Source: a virus (taxonomy: Duplodnaviria > Caudoviricetes). From it: a stretch of 64,000 bases of DNA. Below, in pieces: positions 20,101-30,491 of this stretch. The stretch lies in IMG/VR virus record IMGVR_UViG_3300049794_000047. One strand, written 5' to 3'. Position 1 is the first letter of the stretch; the number at the start of each line of letters is the position of its first letter. The notes beneath the pieces are model-generated. The model was not told the origin of the DNA. It worked only from the letters and a program-made list of their open reading frames with translations, and made no database searches. A program made the translations under genes and the position numbers.

Positions 20101-20693
20101 GGAGGCCATTCCCACGGCGAGGTCGTCGTGATCGCCACAGGCCAAATCTGCCGCGACCTTGCGCGCAAGACGTACAAGATCGCCATCGTACTCGGACCCT
20201 CGCGCAAGGGAGACAAACTCCGCGTCTGCCGTTGGCAGCCGTCGTTGGGCGAGTCAGCTGATGGTCGCTGGAGCGCGCCCCTCGCGCTATTCGAGCACCT
20301 GCTCGAGCCGCTTCCACCGGACTTCGACCTGACCTCACGCCGTGGACTTGTCGTCGCTGCAGCGAAGCGGTCGATCGTCAACGGCCTCGTGCGCTGGCAA
20401 GTAGGTTCACGCTTCAGCGGCGCCAAGCTGACCGAGGTGCACGACGTCGGGACGGTGCGCCCGTGACGACTTACCAGGCCAACGGTAACGCTCCCAAGGT
20501 GATCACCGCCGTAACGATCACGAACGAACAGATCCACTGCGTTCGCAAGACCATGCTGGGCGTGCCGCGAAAACCTCGTTTCACCGCGCGATTCTCAAGA
20601 ACTGCGGTCCAGAGCAACGGGCGTGGCCGCCCCCCCCCCCGACCATCGCTGCAACAACGCCCTGATCCTCTTCACCTCGAGTCAAACCTCACC

Positions 20694-21539
20694 ATGCGCA
20701 AAACGACACACGACAAGATCCCGATCCATCCAGCCGAGGATGTTCCTACGACAGTTCTCAAGATGCTCGCCAACATGGCCATCAAGCGTGCGACAGAGCT
20801 GGGTGAGGGCAGGAAGCACATGGCCGAGTTTCATCCGGACGGCTGGAAAATTGCAATCGAGACGCCCCGCGGGGCCATCGGCCTCTGGTCCTGCTGGCTC
20901 GGGAACCAATTTCACCTGGGATATCCCGGCCCGATGATGACGTCTGTGTCCTCAGCTCCGGTCAGCGCCCTCATCAAGGAGCATCTTGGGGTCGAGCTTG
21001 CAAAGCCTGTACTTCAGGTCAATGCAACGGCCGTCCAGACCGACTACGCGGGAGAGTACAAAGACACAGACAAACCGCTTGAGGTCAACGCCTTGGGGCA
21101 GGTCATTGCCTACCAGACGCAGGGCCCAAGGTTGTGGGCGCCCTACTGCGGCCCACGTGTTTCCAGTGGTGCGCAGGAGCCGGGAAGGGTCTGGATCGAG
21201 CACGCGTGCTCCTCCTCAACCGCCACAGATTTCCGTTTCATCACGCCAGACGCCCCGGAGGCGCTCTCTACCATCTGGTACGGGCATGATAGCGGCTGGA
21301 CCATCTACACGTACCCCCACACGTTTGCCAACCGCTACGCACCGGATGGTCCCACAGCAACCCCTGCGTGCGTTCAGGTGTACCGAGACAGGTTCCTGGC
21401 ACTCGCGTGCTCCCTCGCCCAGGCCCTTGGGGGAGCACGGGCGGTCAATATGGACTACGGCTTTGTCATGACCCCGGCGCAACTCAAAACCCTTGGGTAT
21501 GAGAACATCCATTGGATCAAGGGGTCTCCAGACAGTTAG
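20694..21539 (+). CDS. hypothetical protein
   Basis: likely ATG at 20694 within ORF 20463..21539; ends at MITE copy 4. Confidence 0.6.
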   Translation: MRKTTHDKIPIHPAEDVPTTVLKMLANMAIKRATELGEGRKHMAEFHPDGWKIAIETPRGAIGLWSCWLGNQFHLGYPGPMMTSVSSAPVSALIKEHLGVELAKPVLQVNATAVQTDYAGEYKDTDKPLEVNALGQVIAYQTQGPRLWAPYCGPRVSSGAQEPGRVWIEHACSSSTATDFRFITPDAPEALSTIWYGHDSGWTIYTYPHTFANRYAPDGPTATPACVQVYRDRFLALACSLAQALGGARAVNMDYGFVMTPAQLKTLGYENIHWIKGSPDS

Positions 21540-21624
21540 GGGCTGGAACGAAATAACCTGGTCATTTCGGGTGAATCCTCGTCGGAAAATCGGTCAAATG
21601 GCCAAGTTAATAAAGTCCAGCCCC
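21539..21624 (-). mobile_element. 86-bp MITE copy 4
   Basis: TTA duplication at 21536-38 / 21625-27. Confidence 0.9.
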
Positions 21625-21855
21625 TTACCGGGGCTGGGGAAACGAGGTCGTTCTTGCGAGCCGGAGCCTCGCTGAAAGTCGGACTGAGCATCTCCTGCTG
21701 CGAAGCGTCAACCAAATGGTGCCTTGGTCCACGATCCGTCGAATCCCCATAGAAGCGGCGCACGGAGCACTCACGGCTCGAACACTCCTTGACTTCCTGA
21801 CCTTTTAAACCTGCGCTTTTGCCTGACGAATCCAAACAATGAGAGTGTCCTCTCC

Positions 21856-22323
21856 ATGACCCCCATCAAGGCCCACGAGACTCTTCAGCGCTTCGCGAAG
21901 GAAAACAACACCGACGTCGCACACGCTGCTGGCATCGTGCTCGACACAGTGAAGCACCTGGCTCAACTTCTCCTCGACCTCGTTGACTTTGACATCGGCG
22001 AAGTGCCGGAACTCGACGCCCTCGACGCGGCGGAAGGAGCGCAGCAGATCGAGCGCCACGATCTGGCGTGGCAGCGAGCGATCGCCGAGGTCGGAGCACC
22101 CCCTCGACATTTCGCTGGAGACACGATAGCCCCCAGCAACGACAGCAATGAGCACAACCCCCAAGGCGTAGCCCCCATGGCAACCGAGCTTTGGAACCAC
22201 CCTGAGAGATTGGCGCGTCTGAAGGCGAGGGCGGTACGCCTGGAGGCTCCCCAAGACATCGACACCACGCTTGGTCATGTTGCCGAAGAGCTCCGCGATC
22301 TGATCGAGGAACGCCTGCCGTGA
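21856..22323 (+). CDS. hypothetical protein
   Basis: 155 aa, AT-rich upstream region. Confidence 0.65.
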   Translation: MTPIKAHETLQRFAKENNTDVAHAAGIVLDTVKHLAQLLLDLVDFDIGEVPELDALDAAEGAQQIERHDLAWQRAIAEVGAPPRHFAGDTIAPSNDSNEHNPQGVAPMATELWNHPERLARLKARAVRLEAPQDIDTTLGHVAEELRDLIEERLP

Positions 22324-23023
22324 CAGCTTTGGCCCCAGCCGGGGAGCGTCAGCCCGCCGGCACTGCCTCATCTCCCCATACAGCAACGGATGGGTGGCGT
22401 ACGGCTGGGGCCGCCTTTCTTTTTCAGGAAACGGTGTGCACGCCACCACCCAAGGTCAGCCACAACCCTGCCCCGCGACGCTTCGCCGAAGACACCGCCG
22501 CACCCCGCACCGCTTTGCCGGAGACCCCATGAAGACATTCCCCGAAATTCTCCACGACGTGGTGCTTCTCCTCAACGAAGGCCGCGAAAACGTCGTGATC
22601 GCGCGCGGCGATCATGAACCTCTCGACGGCCGCAGCTCAGCGTACCAGCTACGCTTCTGGCCCTGCAATGAAGGGCTGTCAGAGTACAGGTGCGAGGATC
22701 GCGGATGGCTCGGCGGACAGTGGTCGCGTTGGAGCGAACACCGCGGCTGGAGCGGCGGCGCAGGCTTCGACATGCTCGACGTGCTCGCGACCGACTGGAA
22801 GATCGCCTCGTGAAAGGCACCCTGATCCGACTCGGCGCGCAACTCGCTGAAGAGAACAACGCCGCGGCGGACCTGTGGTCGTGGCTGCCCTCTCACCAAG
22901 TCGCTGAGAAGCACCACGGTGTCTACACTTCAGAACACGTCCCATGCAACCGAGACGTGCTGCAGGAGGCCGTGATGTACCTGATCTATCTGAAACACCC
23001 AGAAGCGTTCCGCGAACTGCTAA

Positions 23024-23109
23024 GGGGCTGGAACGAAATAACCTGGTCATTTCGGGTGGATCTTCGTCCGAAAATCGGGCAAATGACCAAGTTAATAAAG
23101 TCCAGCCCC
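23024..23109 (-). mobile_element. 86-bp MITE copy 5
   Basis: TAA duplication; interrupts the gene starting at about 22810. Confidence 0.9.
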
Positions 23110-23507
23110 TAAGTCCAGAGAAACAGAAGTGATTCACGAATTGTCCGTGCGGTGCGGACCATACAGGAGACGCCTCGTGACGCAGACACTGCGCGACTTC
23201 GCGGCGGCAGAATTCGACACGTGCTCTAACGAATACGGCCAGCCCGTCGACGGTCGAGATCAGGCAGTCCGGGGCGCTGGCGAATTAAGAGACTACCCCA
23301 TGGTAAGCCGATCAGCGGCGTCATCTCGAACAAGCGTCAGTTGCGCACGGCGCTGCTGGAATGGCGCGCCGAGGAAGAGTATGTCCTCGGCCGCAACCGC
23401 GCGACGGCTATACGGTCTATGCCCATGACAACAGCGTTCGTACCGCCATCGGCATGGTCAACGCGATCGTCTGGAGCTATCGCAAACGAAGGACATCGCC
23501 ATGACCA

Positions 23508-23531
23508 TTGGGTGTCAACCGGATAAGCATG
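23508..23531. mobile_element. solo IS1595-type terminal repeat
   Basis: TTGGGTGTCAACCGGATAAGCATG matches the right end at 43045-43068. Confidence 0.75.
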
Positions 23532-24216
23532 GAATGCACTGGAAGGGAACGACCGAAATGTGTGAGCCGCCACTGTCCCCTGACATTCTACGTCAAATCA
23601 CCGAACTCCGCACTTCACGGCCTTACGACGGCAGGCAAGTGACGCTGCGAGAATCACGCGGTGGCTGGAAGTTCACGGGCATCAGCGGAATTTGTGCGCA
23701 TCTCGCCGCAGACCATCGCCGCATGGTCCTCGTGGTTGAGAACGACCCCGACGGCTACTGGCCCGTCGGCATGCTGATCTTAGCCGAGCTCGACAATGAG
23801 ACCGTTCCCATGTTCAGTATCGAAGGGGCCTGATCATGCACTGCATCGACGACAAGCCGAACGGGATCTGCCTCAACCATGACGGTGACTGGAAGGGCGA
23901 CGTGCGCATCGCCTGGTACATCGCAGGAGAGTCTGGACCCCTACCTCCATCGTTGCACGAATGCTGGTGCAGCGCCCCCGATCTCATCGCCGGGCGTTTC
24001 TCACCCACGAACGGTCCACCCTGCGCGCAGACGTCCTCCGAACCGCCGGTCCACGTGCTCACACGTGCCGTCGCACTCGCCGTCGAGGACTACCTGCGCT
24101 TCAAGATGTTACGTGCCGTCGACAACCTCTCCATCAGACGGGACAAGCTGTGACGGCCTGTCGATGCGTCTGGGCGTACACGGGGGATCACCTCTACCAC
24201 CGCTGCGGCAAGGCGC

Positions 24217-24690
24217 TTGGCCAACGGAAAACTCCGTGACCGCTGGACTTCCGCCTACAAATCAGCAGAAATAACCGCCCTGATGCCAGTTTCGAGACTC
24301 GCCCGCATCTATGCCGCGCTGATGATTGTCGAAAACGATCGCAACCTGTTCAACAGCATATCCACAATGCGTCACGGAAAGCTGGGTGCCGTAGAAGGAA
24401 TTGCCCACGAATTGGCGCACCATCTCGAAGCAGGCCGAAACTTCGATCATCGTCTTGACTCAAAGAACATCGACGAGCCTACCGCCAACAAGCACGAAGC
24501 TTCAGCGCTCCTTATCGAGGTAACTGCGTTGCGTGAACTCGGAGTGCGCCTCTCCCTTCGAAATCTGTGGCGCTCTGCGGGCTGGCGAGGCGACCCGCCA
24601 CCTCTAACAAAACGGCCACTGACCGTCCGCGAACGCAAGTGCGTTGCAGCCTTCGTGAGGATCGTAGACCGCGTAATGCGGGCTCCATGA
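24217..24690 (+). CDS. HExxH-motif protein, paralog of 32062..32484
   Basis: EGIAHELAHHL...ANKHEASALLIEV. Confidence 0.7.
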   Translation: MANGKLRDRWTSAYKSAEITALMPVSRLARIYAALMIVENDRNLFNSISTMRHGKLGAVEGIAHELAHHLEAGRNFDHRLDSKNIDEPTANKHEASALLIEVTALRELGVRLSLRNLWRSAGWRGDPPPLTKRPLTVRERKCVAAFVRIVDRVMRAP

Positions 24691-24766
24691 GCCCCCGTGG
24701 TGGATACAATCGCTTCCACACGCGTGCGAAGCCAGGTACGATCCGTCCATACGCACCGAAGCCGAA

Positions 24767-25167
24767 GCGTTGCCCGTACCGCCCGGCGTTGGCCGTATTG
24801 CCCGTATCGCCCGGCGTTGCCGTACCGCCCGGCGTTGCCGTGCCGCCCAGCGTTGCCCGTATCGCCCGGCGTTGGCCGTATTGCCCGTATCGCCCGGCGT
24901 TGCCGTACCGCCCGGCGTTGCCGTGCCGCCCAGCGTTGCCCGTATCGCCCGGCGTTGGCCGTATTGCCCGTATCGCCCGTATCGCCCGGCGTTCCCCGTA
25001 TCGCCCAGCGTTGGCCGTATTGCCCGTATCGCCCGCATCGCCCGGCGTTGGCCGTATTGCCCGTATCGCCCGTATCGCCCGGCGTTGGCCGTATTGGCCG
25101 TATTGCCCGTATCGCCCGTATCGCCCGGCATTCCCCGTCTCGCCCGGCGTTGCCGTACCGCCCGGCG
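24767..25167. repeat. about 400-bp composite array of 8-10 bp units
   Basis: GCCCGTATC / GCCCGGCGTT / GGCCGTATT / GCCGTACC units. Confidence 0.95.
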
Positions 25168-25227
25168 GGGGCTCCCCCAATCAAGTGGATGAGTTGCAAA
25201 CCGAACTTCAAGGCCGAGGAACAAAAC

Positions 25228-26535
25228 ATGATCCCACCACAGCCCCTCATCCTGGTCTCGACCTCGACGCCCGCAACCTACCGCTTCGAGACCACCGGCG
25301 ACGGGTTTCGATCGTGGGCACTATGCACGGTCAACGACACCACCGGCGAACTGTGTATCACGAGTGACTGGGGCAACTGGTCGTATCGCTGGAGCGCTGA
25401 CCCCGGGCACCTCGGTTTCCCCACGCTAGCCGCGTTCATTGGCACGCGCGGCGGTGTCGACTACCTCGCACGCAAGCTGCAGCGCGGGGGTCGCGACGGC
25501 CACCGCTGGTCAGCCGAGAAGACCGTCGTCACACTGCGCCGCCGGCTCTGTACACGCCGGCTCGAGGAGGGCCGTACCCAACTCGAGAACCGCCTCGAGC
25601 CCGATGACATGCCGGATGGCAAGCCCCTGCAACACTTGATCGAGCCGGTGGGCAATTACACGGCGGACGGCTTACCAATCTACAGCGGCCGTATGCCCGC
25701 CGAGTACCGCAACGGTCGGCCCTGGAAGCTCAACGGTGAGCCGTACGAGCCCCTGCCATTCCTGACGCGCGACGCGGCCCGGCGGCTCTGGGACGAGATC
25801 GGCGAGCTAACCGCCTTCGCGGGCAGCTCAGACCTGTTCTACGTGAACGCCTGGGAGATCGAAGGCTTCTCGGAATACGTCACCGACAACATCTCGGAGT
25901 ACGTCGAGACCGAGCAGACGCCGGAGGATAAGGCGTTGCGCGACCTCGTGCTGCCAGCACTGATCGAGGCGTGCCGGGCGCGGATCACTGCCGGATCGAC
26001 TCCGGCGACCGCCGCTTCGACGGCTCGAGACGATCGGCAGGCCCAGATCTTCGCCTGGCCCCAGGCCGCGTTTACCGTGGAGCAAGCGACCAGCCTGCCG
26101 CAGCGCGGGCTCCGGCTACTCGAGGAATCGATCGAAGCATTCCAGGCAGTGGGTGGCGATCCGGCTCAGGCTCACAAGCTTGTCGACTACGTGTTCTCGA
26201 GGCCGGTTGGCGTCCTGCATCAGGGGCTCGGTGGCGTCAACAGCGGTTTGCTCGCGCTGTCCGCCGCGGCCGGGCTGTCGGCCGAGGCTGAGGAGCAGCG
26301 CGAGGTGACGCGCGTCCTAGCGAAGCCGATCGAAGAGTTCACGCGGCGGAACGAGGCAAAGAACGCAGCAGGGTTCCTGGCGCAGGAGCCGCGCCCTACG
26401 TGCGCGAACATGTCGCCACCGTGGTTCGCCGGCCGGTGGTTGGACTGGCACCGTGGCCACGGCTGCGACAAGGACGACGGCAAGCCGCGCACGCCGGAGG
26501 GTGAGGCCGAGATCGCGGCTGGAGGTTCCCGGTGA
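25228..26535 (+). CDS. multidomain hypothetical protein; C-terminal region possibly MazG-like
   Basis: GAGGA RBS; RGLRLLEESIEAFQAVG...LVDYVFSRPVG. Confidence 0.6.
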   Translation: MIPPQPLILVSTSTPATYRFETTGDGFRSWALCTVNDTTGELCITSDWGNWSYRWSADPGHLGFPTLAAFIGTRGGVDYLARKLQRGGRDGHRWSAEKTVVTLRRRLCTRRLEEGRTQLENRLEPDDMPDGKPLQHLIEPVGNYTADGLPIYSGRMPAEYRNGRPWKLNGEPYEPLPFLTRDAARRLWDEIGELTAFAGSSDLFYVNAWEIEGFSEYVTDNISEYVETEQTPEDKALRDLVLPALIEACRARITAGSTPATAASTARDDRQAQIFAWPQAAFTVEQATSLPQRGLRLLEESIEAFQAVGGDPAQAHKLVDYVFSRPVGVLHQGLGGVNSGLLALSAAAGLSAEAEEQREVTRVLAKPIEEFTRRNEAKNAAGFLAQEPRPTCANMSPPWFAGRWLDWHRGHGCDKDDGKPRTPEGEAEIAAGGSR

Positions 26536-26618
26536 AGGCTGACGAGCGCCGAGCTGCTGGCTGGGAGCAGCCTCGAGCTCGGTGAGAGGTCGTGGAGCCA
26601 GAGCTCGGGAGCAGCCCT

Positions 26619-26760
26619 GGGTGTACAAATACCCGTGTATCAAGTACCTCGGGCCGTGTCCCACAACGACCGGCTGCAACGTTACCCAGAGCTCGCATCC
26701 ATGTACTTACAAACGCCCAGCTACAGGCACGCAAACTGCTCTACGGAGAGGTTGTCCATG
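26619..26760 (+). promoter_or_regulatory. promoter cassette P4
   Basis: boxes at 26619 and 26672 (GGCT); TACTTAC at 26704; AGGCACGCAAACTGCT at 26725; in-frame TTG 26752 / ATG 26758. Confidence 0.7.
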
Positions 26761-26981
26761 CCTAAGACACACCGCAGCCTAAAGACCGTACGAGTCCTTG
26801 TGCGATCGACAACCTCGCGCAAACCGTTTCGCCCCGGGACCTACAGCGCACTACTGGGCACGTCGCGCGGACACGACACCTGGGCGCGAGCGGCGGGAGC
26901 CGCGTTGAAGCTCGCCGACCGGCGCGGCTACCTCGTGACGAACCGAGAGCTCGTCGAACGCAGGATCGCCTCGGAGGCTTC

Positions 26982-27434
26982 ATGATTCGGAGCTGGCACA
27001 CACCCCGCGAGGCAATCCAGTACCGCGGGTACTGCACGGGTCCCGTGGACGGTGGCCCGGCGCCGGGTGAAGTCGGCCCTGACTACAAGGCCGCTTGTTG
27101 CACGTGCCATCGGCGGGTCCGGGTCACCACCCGTGGACGCTACGCGCACCACAAGGCGTCCGTCGAGTCACAACGCTCTGCGGCCACGGCTCTCCTACCA
27201 AAGCTCACCAAGATCCAGATCGACGGCCTTCGCAGATACGCCAAGAGCGGATCATGGCACCGCGTGCACCATGTCCACGGTCACACGATTCACAGTCTAG
27301 AGGCCCGCAGCCTGATCGCCCGCCGCGGTCGCCACGTTACGCCGCTCGGTCACGCGGTGCTCAGGGCTGACTTCGCACGGGTCCCTGACATCTTTGATGA
27401 TTTGTTTCCCAGTAACCGAAAGACGGTCAAGTAA
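26982..27434 (+). CDS. hypothetical protein, possible winged-helix C-terminus
   Basis: LTKIQIDGL...TIHSLEARSLI...VTPLG. Confidence 0.5.
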   Translation: MIRSWHTPREAIQYRGYCTGPVDGGPAPGEVGPDYKAACCTCHRRVRVTTRGRYAHHKASVESQRSAATALLPKLTKIQIDGLRRYAKSGSWHRVHHVHGHTIHSLEARSLIARRGRHVTPLGHAVLRADFARVPDIFDDLFPSNRKTVK

Positions 27435-27926
27435 TGCAGCTCGTCTGGTACCAGCGCGCGGACGGCTTGTGGAACGCGGCATGTGCGTGCAACGCAACGG
27501 TCGTCGGTATACCGTTGGAGGGCCGCGCCACAGCTGAAACGGCTCACTTCGATCTCACGCGCATGGAGCGCGTCTTTCGTGCCGGACACCCAAGGCGCTT
27601 CGCGGGGGACCAACTTCCCGCCTGCGGCCCGAAGCTCCCCGAGCACAACCCAAACGTCTCCGGCCCATTCGTGTCCCCCTGATGAAGGTAGCAATATGCC
27701 CCGAGGTAGTCGCAATGTGGATCATTTTCTCATGAAAGCGCCTCACCCGCGTACGCCCCCGCCGCTGATCAAAGACGCCGCGACCGCCGGGCTTGTCACG
27801 TGCGGTTACTGCAACCGGGGCGACGGGGCACTCGGAACGGCAGTTGCTGTTGCCGTATCCGCCGTGCGCGTGGGACGCAGCGATGCTTGCGAAGCAGACC
27901 CAGGCCAACGGCACTTCCTATAGAAT

Positions 27927-28145
27927 GCGCTGTGGAGGCGCACGAGCCTGCCGGTAAGCTTCATAGGCGCGGCAGGCCGACCACGGTTCGGTAACGGACA
28001 ACAGTCTCTTTGGCAGCAGCAGCGGTGAGCGTAGCCGGCCAAGCGGATGTAGCTCACTGCTCCTACGGGTGGTTCTATGGTAAAGCAGCGGTCAGCCAAG
28101 GTCGATGCACCGCTGAAGCCTGGTTCAACTCCAGGGATTGCCCCC
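27927..28145 (+). ncRNA. candidate structured RNA with tRNA-like 3' domain
   Basis: successive hairpins; T-arm CCTGG-TTCAACT-CCAGG at 28119-35; TAGAAT at 27921. Confidence 0.45.
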
Positions 28146-28530
28146 GAATGGATCTCCTCCGACAACCACCAAGGATGCGCGCGTGACTGACAATCCTCGC
28201 TGGATCTCATGGGCTCAGCACGGCGACGCCGCGCACGATCCCGACTGCCGTCCCGTCGCTTGGCCGCCCCCACCGGAGGTGCTGGCCTTCTGGGCGACGA
28301 GCTTCGGCGGTGACGAGGGCACGGACGCCTACTGCACAATCGTCGTGCTCGTTCGCGCCCCAAACGAAAACGCCGCGGCAGCCCTCATCAAGAAAGCGTG
28401 GACACCGGGCATCGGCGAGTGGCGCTTCAACCGCGAGTACGACGGCAGTCGAGCCCCTGGTGACCGCTTCCCGCCGCCGGAGTGGTCGCTCAAAATGGGC
28501 CGTTGGCCCTGGAAGGTGTCGAAGACATGA
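28138..28530 (+). CDS. hypothetical Trp-rich protein (start probably a downstream GTG)
   Basis: WISW...WPPPPEVLAFW...GEWRF. Confidence 0.6.
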   Translation: MPPNGSPPTTTKDARVTDNPRWISWAQHGDAAHDPDCRPVAWPPPPEVLAFWATSFGGDEGTDAYCTIVVLVRAPNENAAAALIKKAWTPGIGEWRFNREYDGSRAPGDRFPPPEWSLKMGRWPWKVSKT

Positions 28531-28536
28531 CCGACC

Positions 28537-28684
28537 GGGTATTCCATTACCCGTGTCTCGAGCACCACGAGAGCCGCACGTGCGTCCACAAGCAGAGACT
28601 GGGTAAGTATCTACCCACGCTGAGTCTGCAACCACTTACGTGCCACAGCAAACAGGCACGCGAGCTGCTCTATCTGTAGCCATG
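28537..28684 (+). promoter_or_regulatory. promoter cassette P5
   Basis: boxes at 28537 and 28601; CACTTAC at 28633; AGGCACGCGAGCTGCT at 28654; ATG 28682. Confidence 0.75.
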
Positions 28685-29371
28685 CGCAAACGCAACAAGC
28701 CGTCCCGCGGGACCGTCGATCGCGCAGCCACCACCGACGTCGTCACGCAACTCGAGGTTGCCATCCACAACCCACAGGCGGCGGCGATCGGCGCCGTGCT
28801 CGGCGGGCTGGTCCCCTGGTTCGGCCGCACGCTCGCGCACGGTGAGATCCAGAGCGCCTGGTCTGCGGGCAACCGTCCGCTCGCACTGGCGATCGTGGCG
28901 GTGGTGCTGGGATGCGGCTATTTCAGCGGACGCAGCGTCTACAAGTTCGGTCAAGCCGCGTTCGGCGACGCGCGCAAGGCCCTCGGCTTCGTGCTCGCCC
29001 TGGAGGGTGTCATGCTGGTCTCGCACGGGGTCACGAGCGCGGTGGCCCTCATCGGCCTGATCTTGATCAACGCCGTCGCGAACGGCTCGGTGATCGCCCT
29101 CGCCCGCGACACGACACGTCGACGCTGCGAGGCAGATGCACGTCGCGCGGCGACCCGCGCTCGGACCCACGCTGGACGTAATGCTCCCCAGGACGCTGCC
29201 GCGCCGCGGCCGGTCCCTGTCGCTCCACCCCCCGAAGCTCCCCGTCCCGTTCGCGCTCCCCGCGCACACCAGACCCCGGGCAGCGCGCTCGTTGCGCCCG
29301 TGTGGCGCCGCGCGACGCTCGATGACGTCATCGACGCCGAGATCGTCTCGGAGGAAAGGCTCCCGTCATGA
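28682..29371 (+). CDS. multi-pass membrane protein
   Basis: about four hydrophobic segments followed by a Pro/Arg-rich tail. Confidence 0.7.
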   Translation: MRKRNKPSRGTVDRAATTDVVTQLEVAIHNPQAAAIGAVLGGLVPWFGRTLAHGEIQSAWSAGNRPLALAIVAVVLGCGYFSGRSVYKFGQAAFGDARKALGFVLALEGVMLVSHGVTSAVALIGLILINAVANGSVIALARDTTRRRCEADARRAATRARTHAGRNAPQDAAAPRPVPVAPPPEAPRPVRAPRAHQTPGSALVAPVWRRATLDDVIDAEIVSEERLPS

Positions 29372-29763
29372 GCGAAAACAGCCTGCCGATCCAGCGCGGC
29401 TTCCGCTACGAAGTCAGCCGGTACGTGTCGATCCCGCTCGCGTGGGCCACCTTGCTCAAGGAGGCCGCCAAGCACCACTACGATCACCGCTGCAACGAAG
29501 CAGGGCATCACGGCGTGATCAACGGCCTCTACAACACGGCGTGCGACAGCGAGTTTCCGAGCATCTACCCCGTGACCTGGTCCGATCTCGATCTCACCAC
29601 GAAGGTCGCCGAGCAGCTCGAATACCACATCGCCGATCACGCATGTATCCGCGAGATCCGCGCGTGGCTTCGCGAAACCATGAACGCGATCGCGCAGCAG
29701 CGCAACGTGTGCATGGAGCTGCCAGAAGCCCACCGGCCCTCCAATGACAAGGAGTCGCCGTGA
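29368..29763 (+). CDS. hypothetical protein
   Basis: coupled ORF. Confidence 0.65.
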   Translation: MSENSLPIQRGFRYEVSRYVSIPLAWATLLKEAAKHHYDHRCNEAGHHGVINGLYNTACDSEFPSIYPVTWSDLDLTTKVAEQLEYHIADHACIREIRAWLRETMNAIAQQRNVCMELPEAHRPSNDKESP

Positions 29764-29855
29764 TGCAGGTGCTCTACACACGAAAGTTCAATGTGCGGCG
29801 ACGCGGTCTGGGAACTCCTGGGTCCTCCCCAACACGAAAAGTGGACGCCCACTAA

Positions 29856-29941
29856 GGGGCTGGACTTTATTAACTTGGTCATTTGAACGATTCCCCGACG
29901 AAGATCCACCAGAAATGACCAGGTTATTTCGTTCCAGCCCC
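29856..29941 (+). mobile_element. 86-bp MITE copy 6
   Basis: TAA duplication; matches copy 1 by eye. Confidence 0.9.
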
Positions 29942-30002
29942 TAAAACAGCACCTCCAGTGAGACTGGTGGCTCCAACGTAAACAGCCGCTCAAGAGTCCC
30001 GC

Positions 30003-30491
30003 ATGAGCAAGCAGATCGCCCAAATGACGACAATCGCGCGTGATGTCCGCGCGCAATTGTTGAGTGACGCCACGACGCCCCGCGATCTCCACGGCCGGTG
30101 GGGCCTCGCCGCCCTGGCTCTGGCCGCAGCCCTCGGCAAAGCACAGGTCCTCCGCACAGGTTTCTACATGAAACGCGAGAGGCTCCTCGGCAAATGTGCA
30201 AGCTTCCCGTACCGCCACGCCTGGTGCCGTGTCGGCATGTCGATCATCGACGTTACCGCGACGCAGTTCGATCAGCGAAACAAGGCCGTGCTCGTAGCGC
30301 GCTTTAACGAGGACGCACGCTACATCGAAACGGCGCGCGGCCTCGATGCAATCGACGACATCATGATCAACTGGAGGGCATGCGGGCTGCCCGCGTACGA
30401 GCAACTCGCCAAGATCCTACGCCAACTTGATCCGCAGCCACACGACGCGCCAAGTACCGTACGACCTGTCACGCGACGAGCAGGCGCGTGA
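30003..30491 (+). CDS. hypothetical protein, transglutaminase-like H/D motifs
   Basis: HAWCRVG...IIDVTATQF. Confidence 0.5.
   Translation: MSKQIAQMTTIARDVRAQLLSDATTPRDLHGRWGLAALALAAALGKAQVLRTGFYMKRERLLGKCASFPYRHAWCRVGMSIIDVTATQFDQRNKAVLVARFNEDARYIETARGLDAIDDIMINWRACGLPAYEQLAKILRQLDPQPHDAPSTVRPVTRRAGA

Noticed and set aside
24447-25367. Several long overlapping ORFs in all frames
   Set aside because: Products of a stop-free repeat array; the real gene most likely starts at 25228 behind an RBS
28043-28145. Canonical tRNA-Gly gene
   Set aside because: No proper D-stem or 7-nt anticodon loop and no CCA; reported only as a tRNA-like candidate
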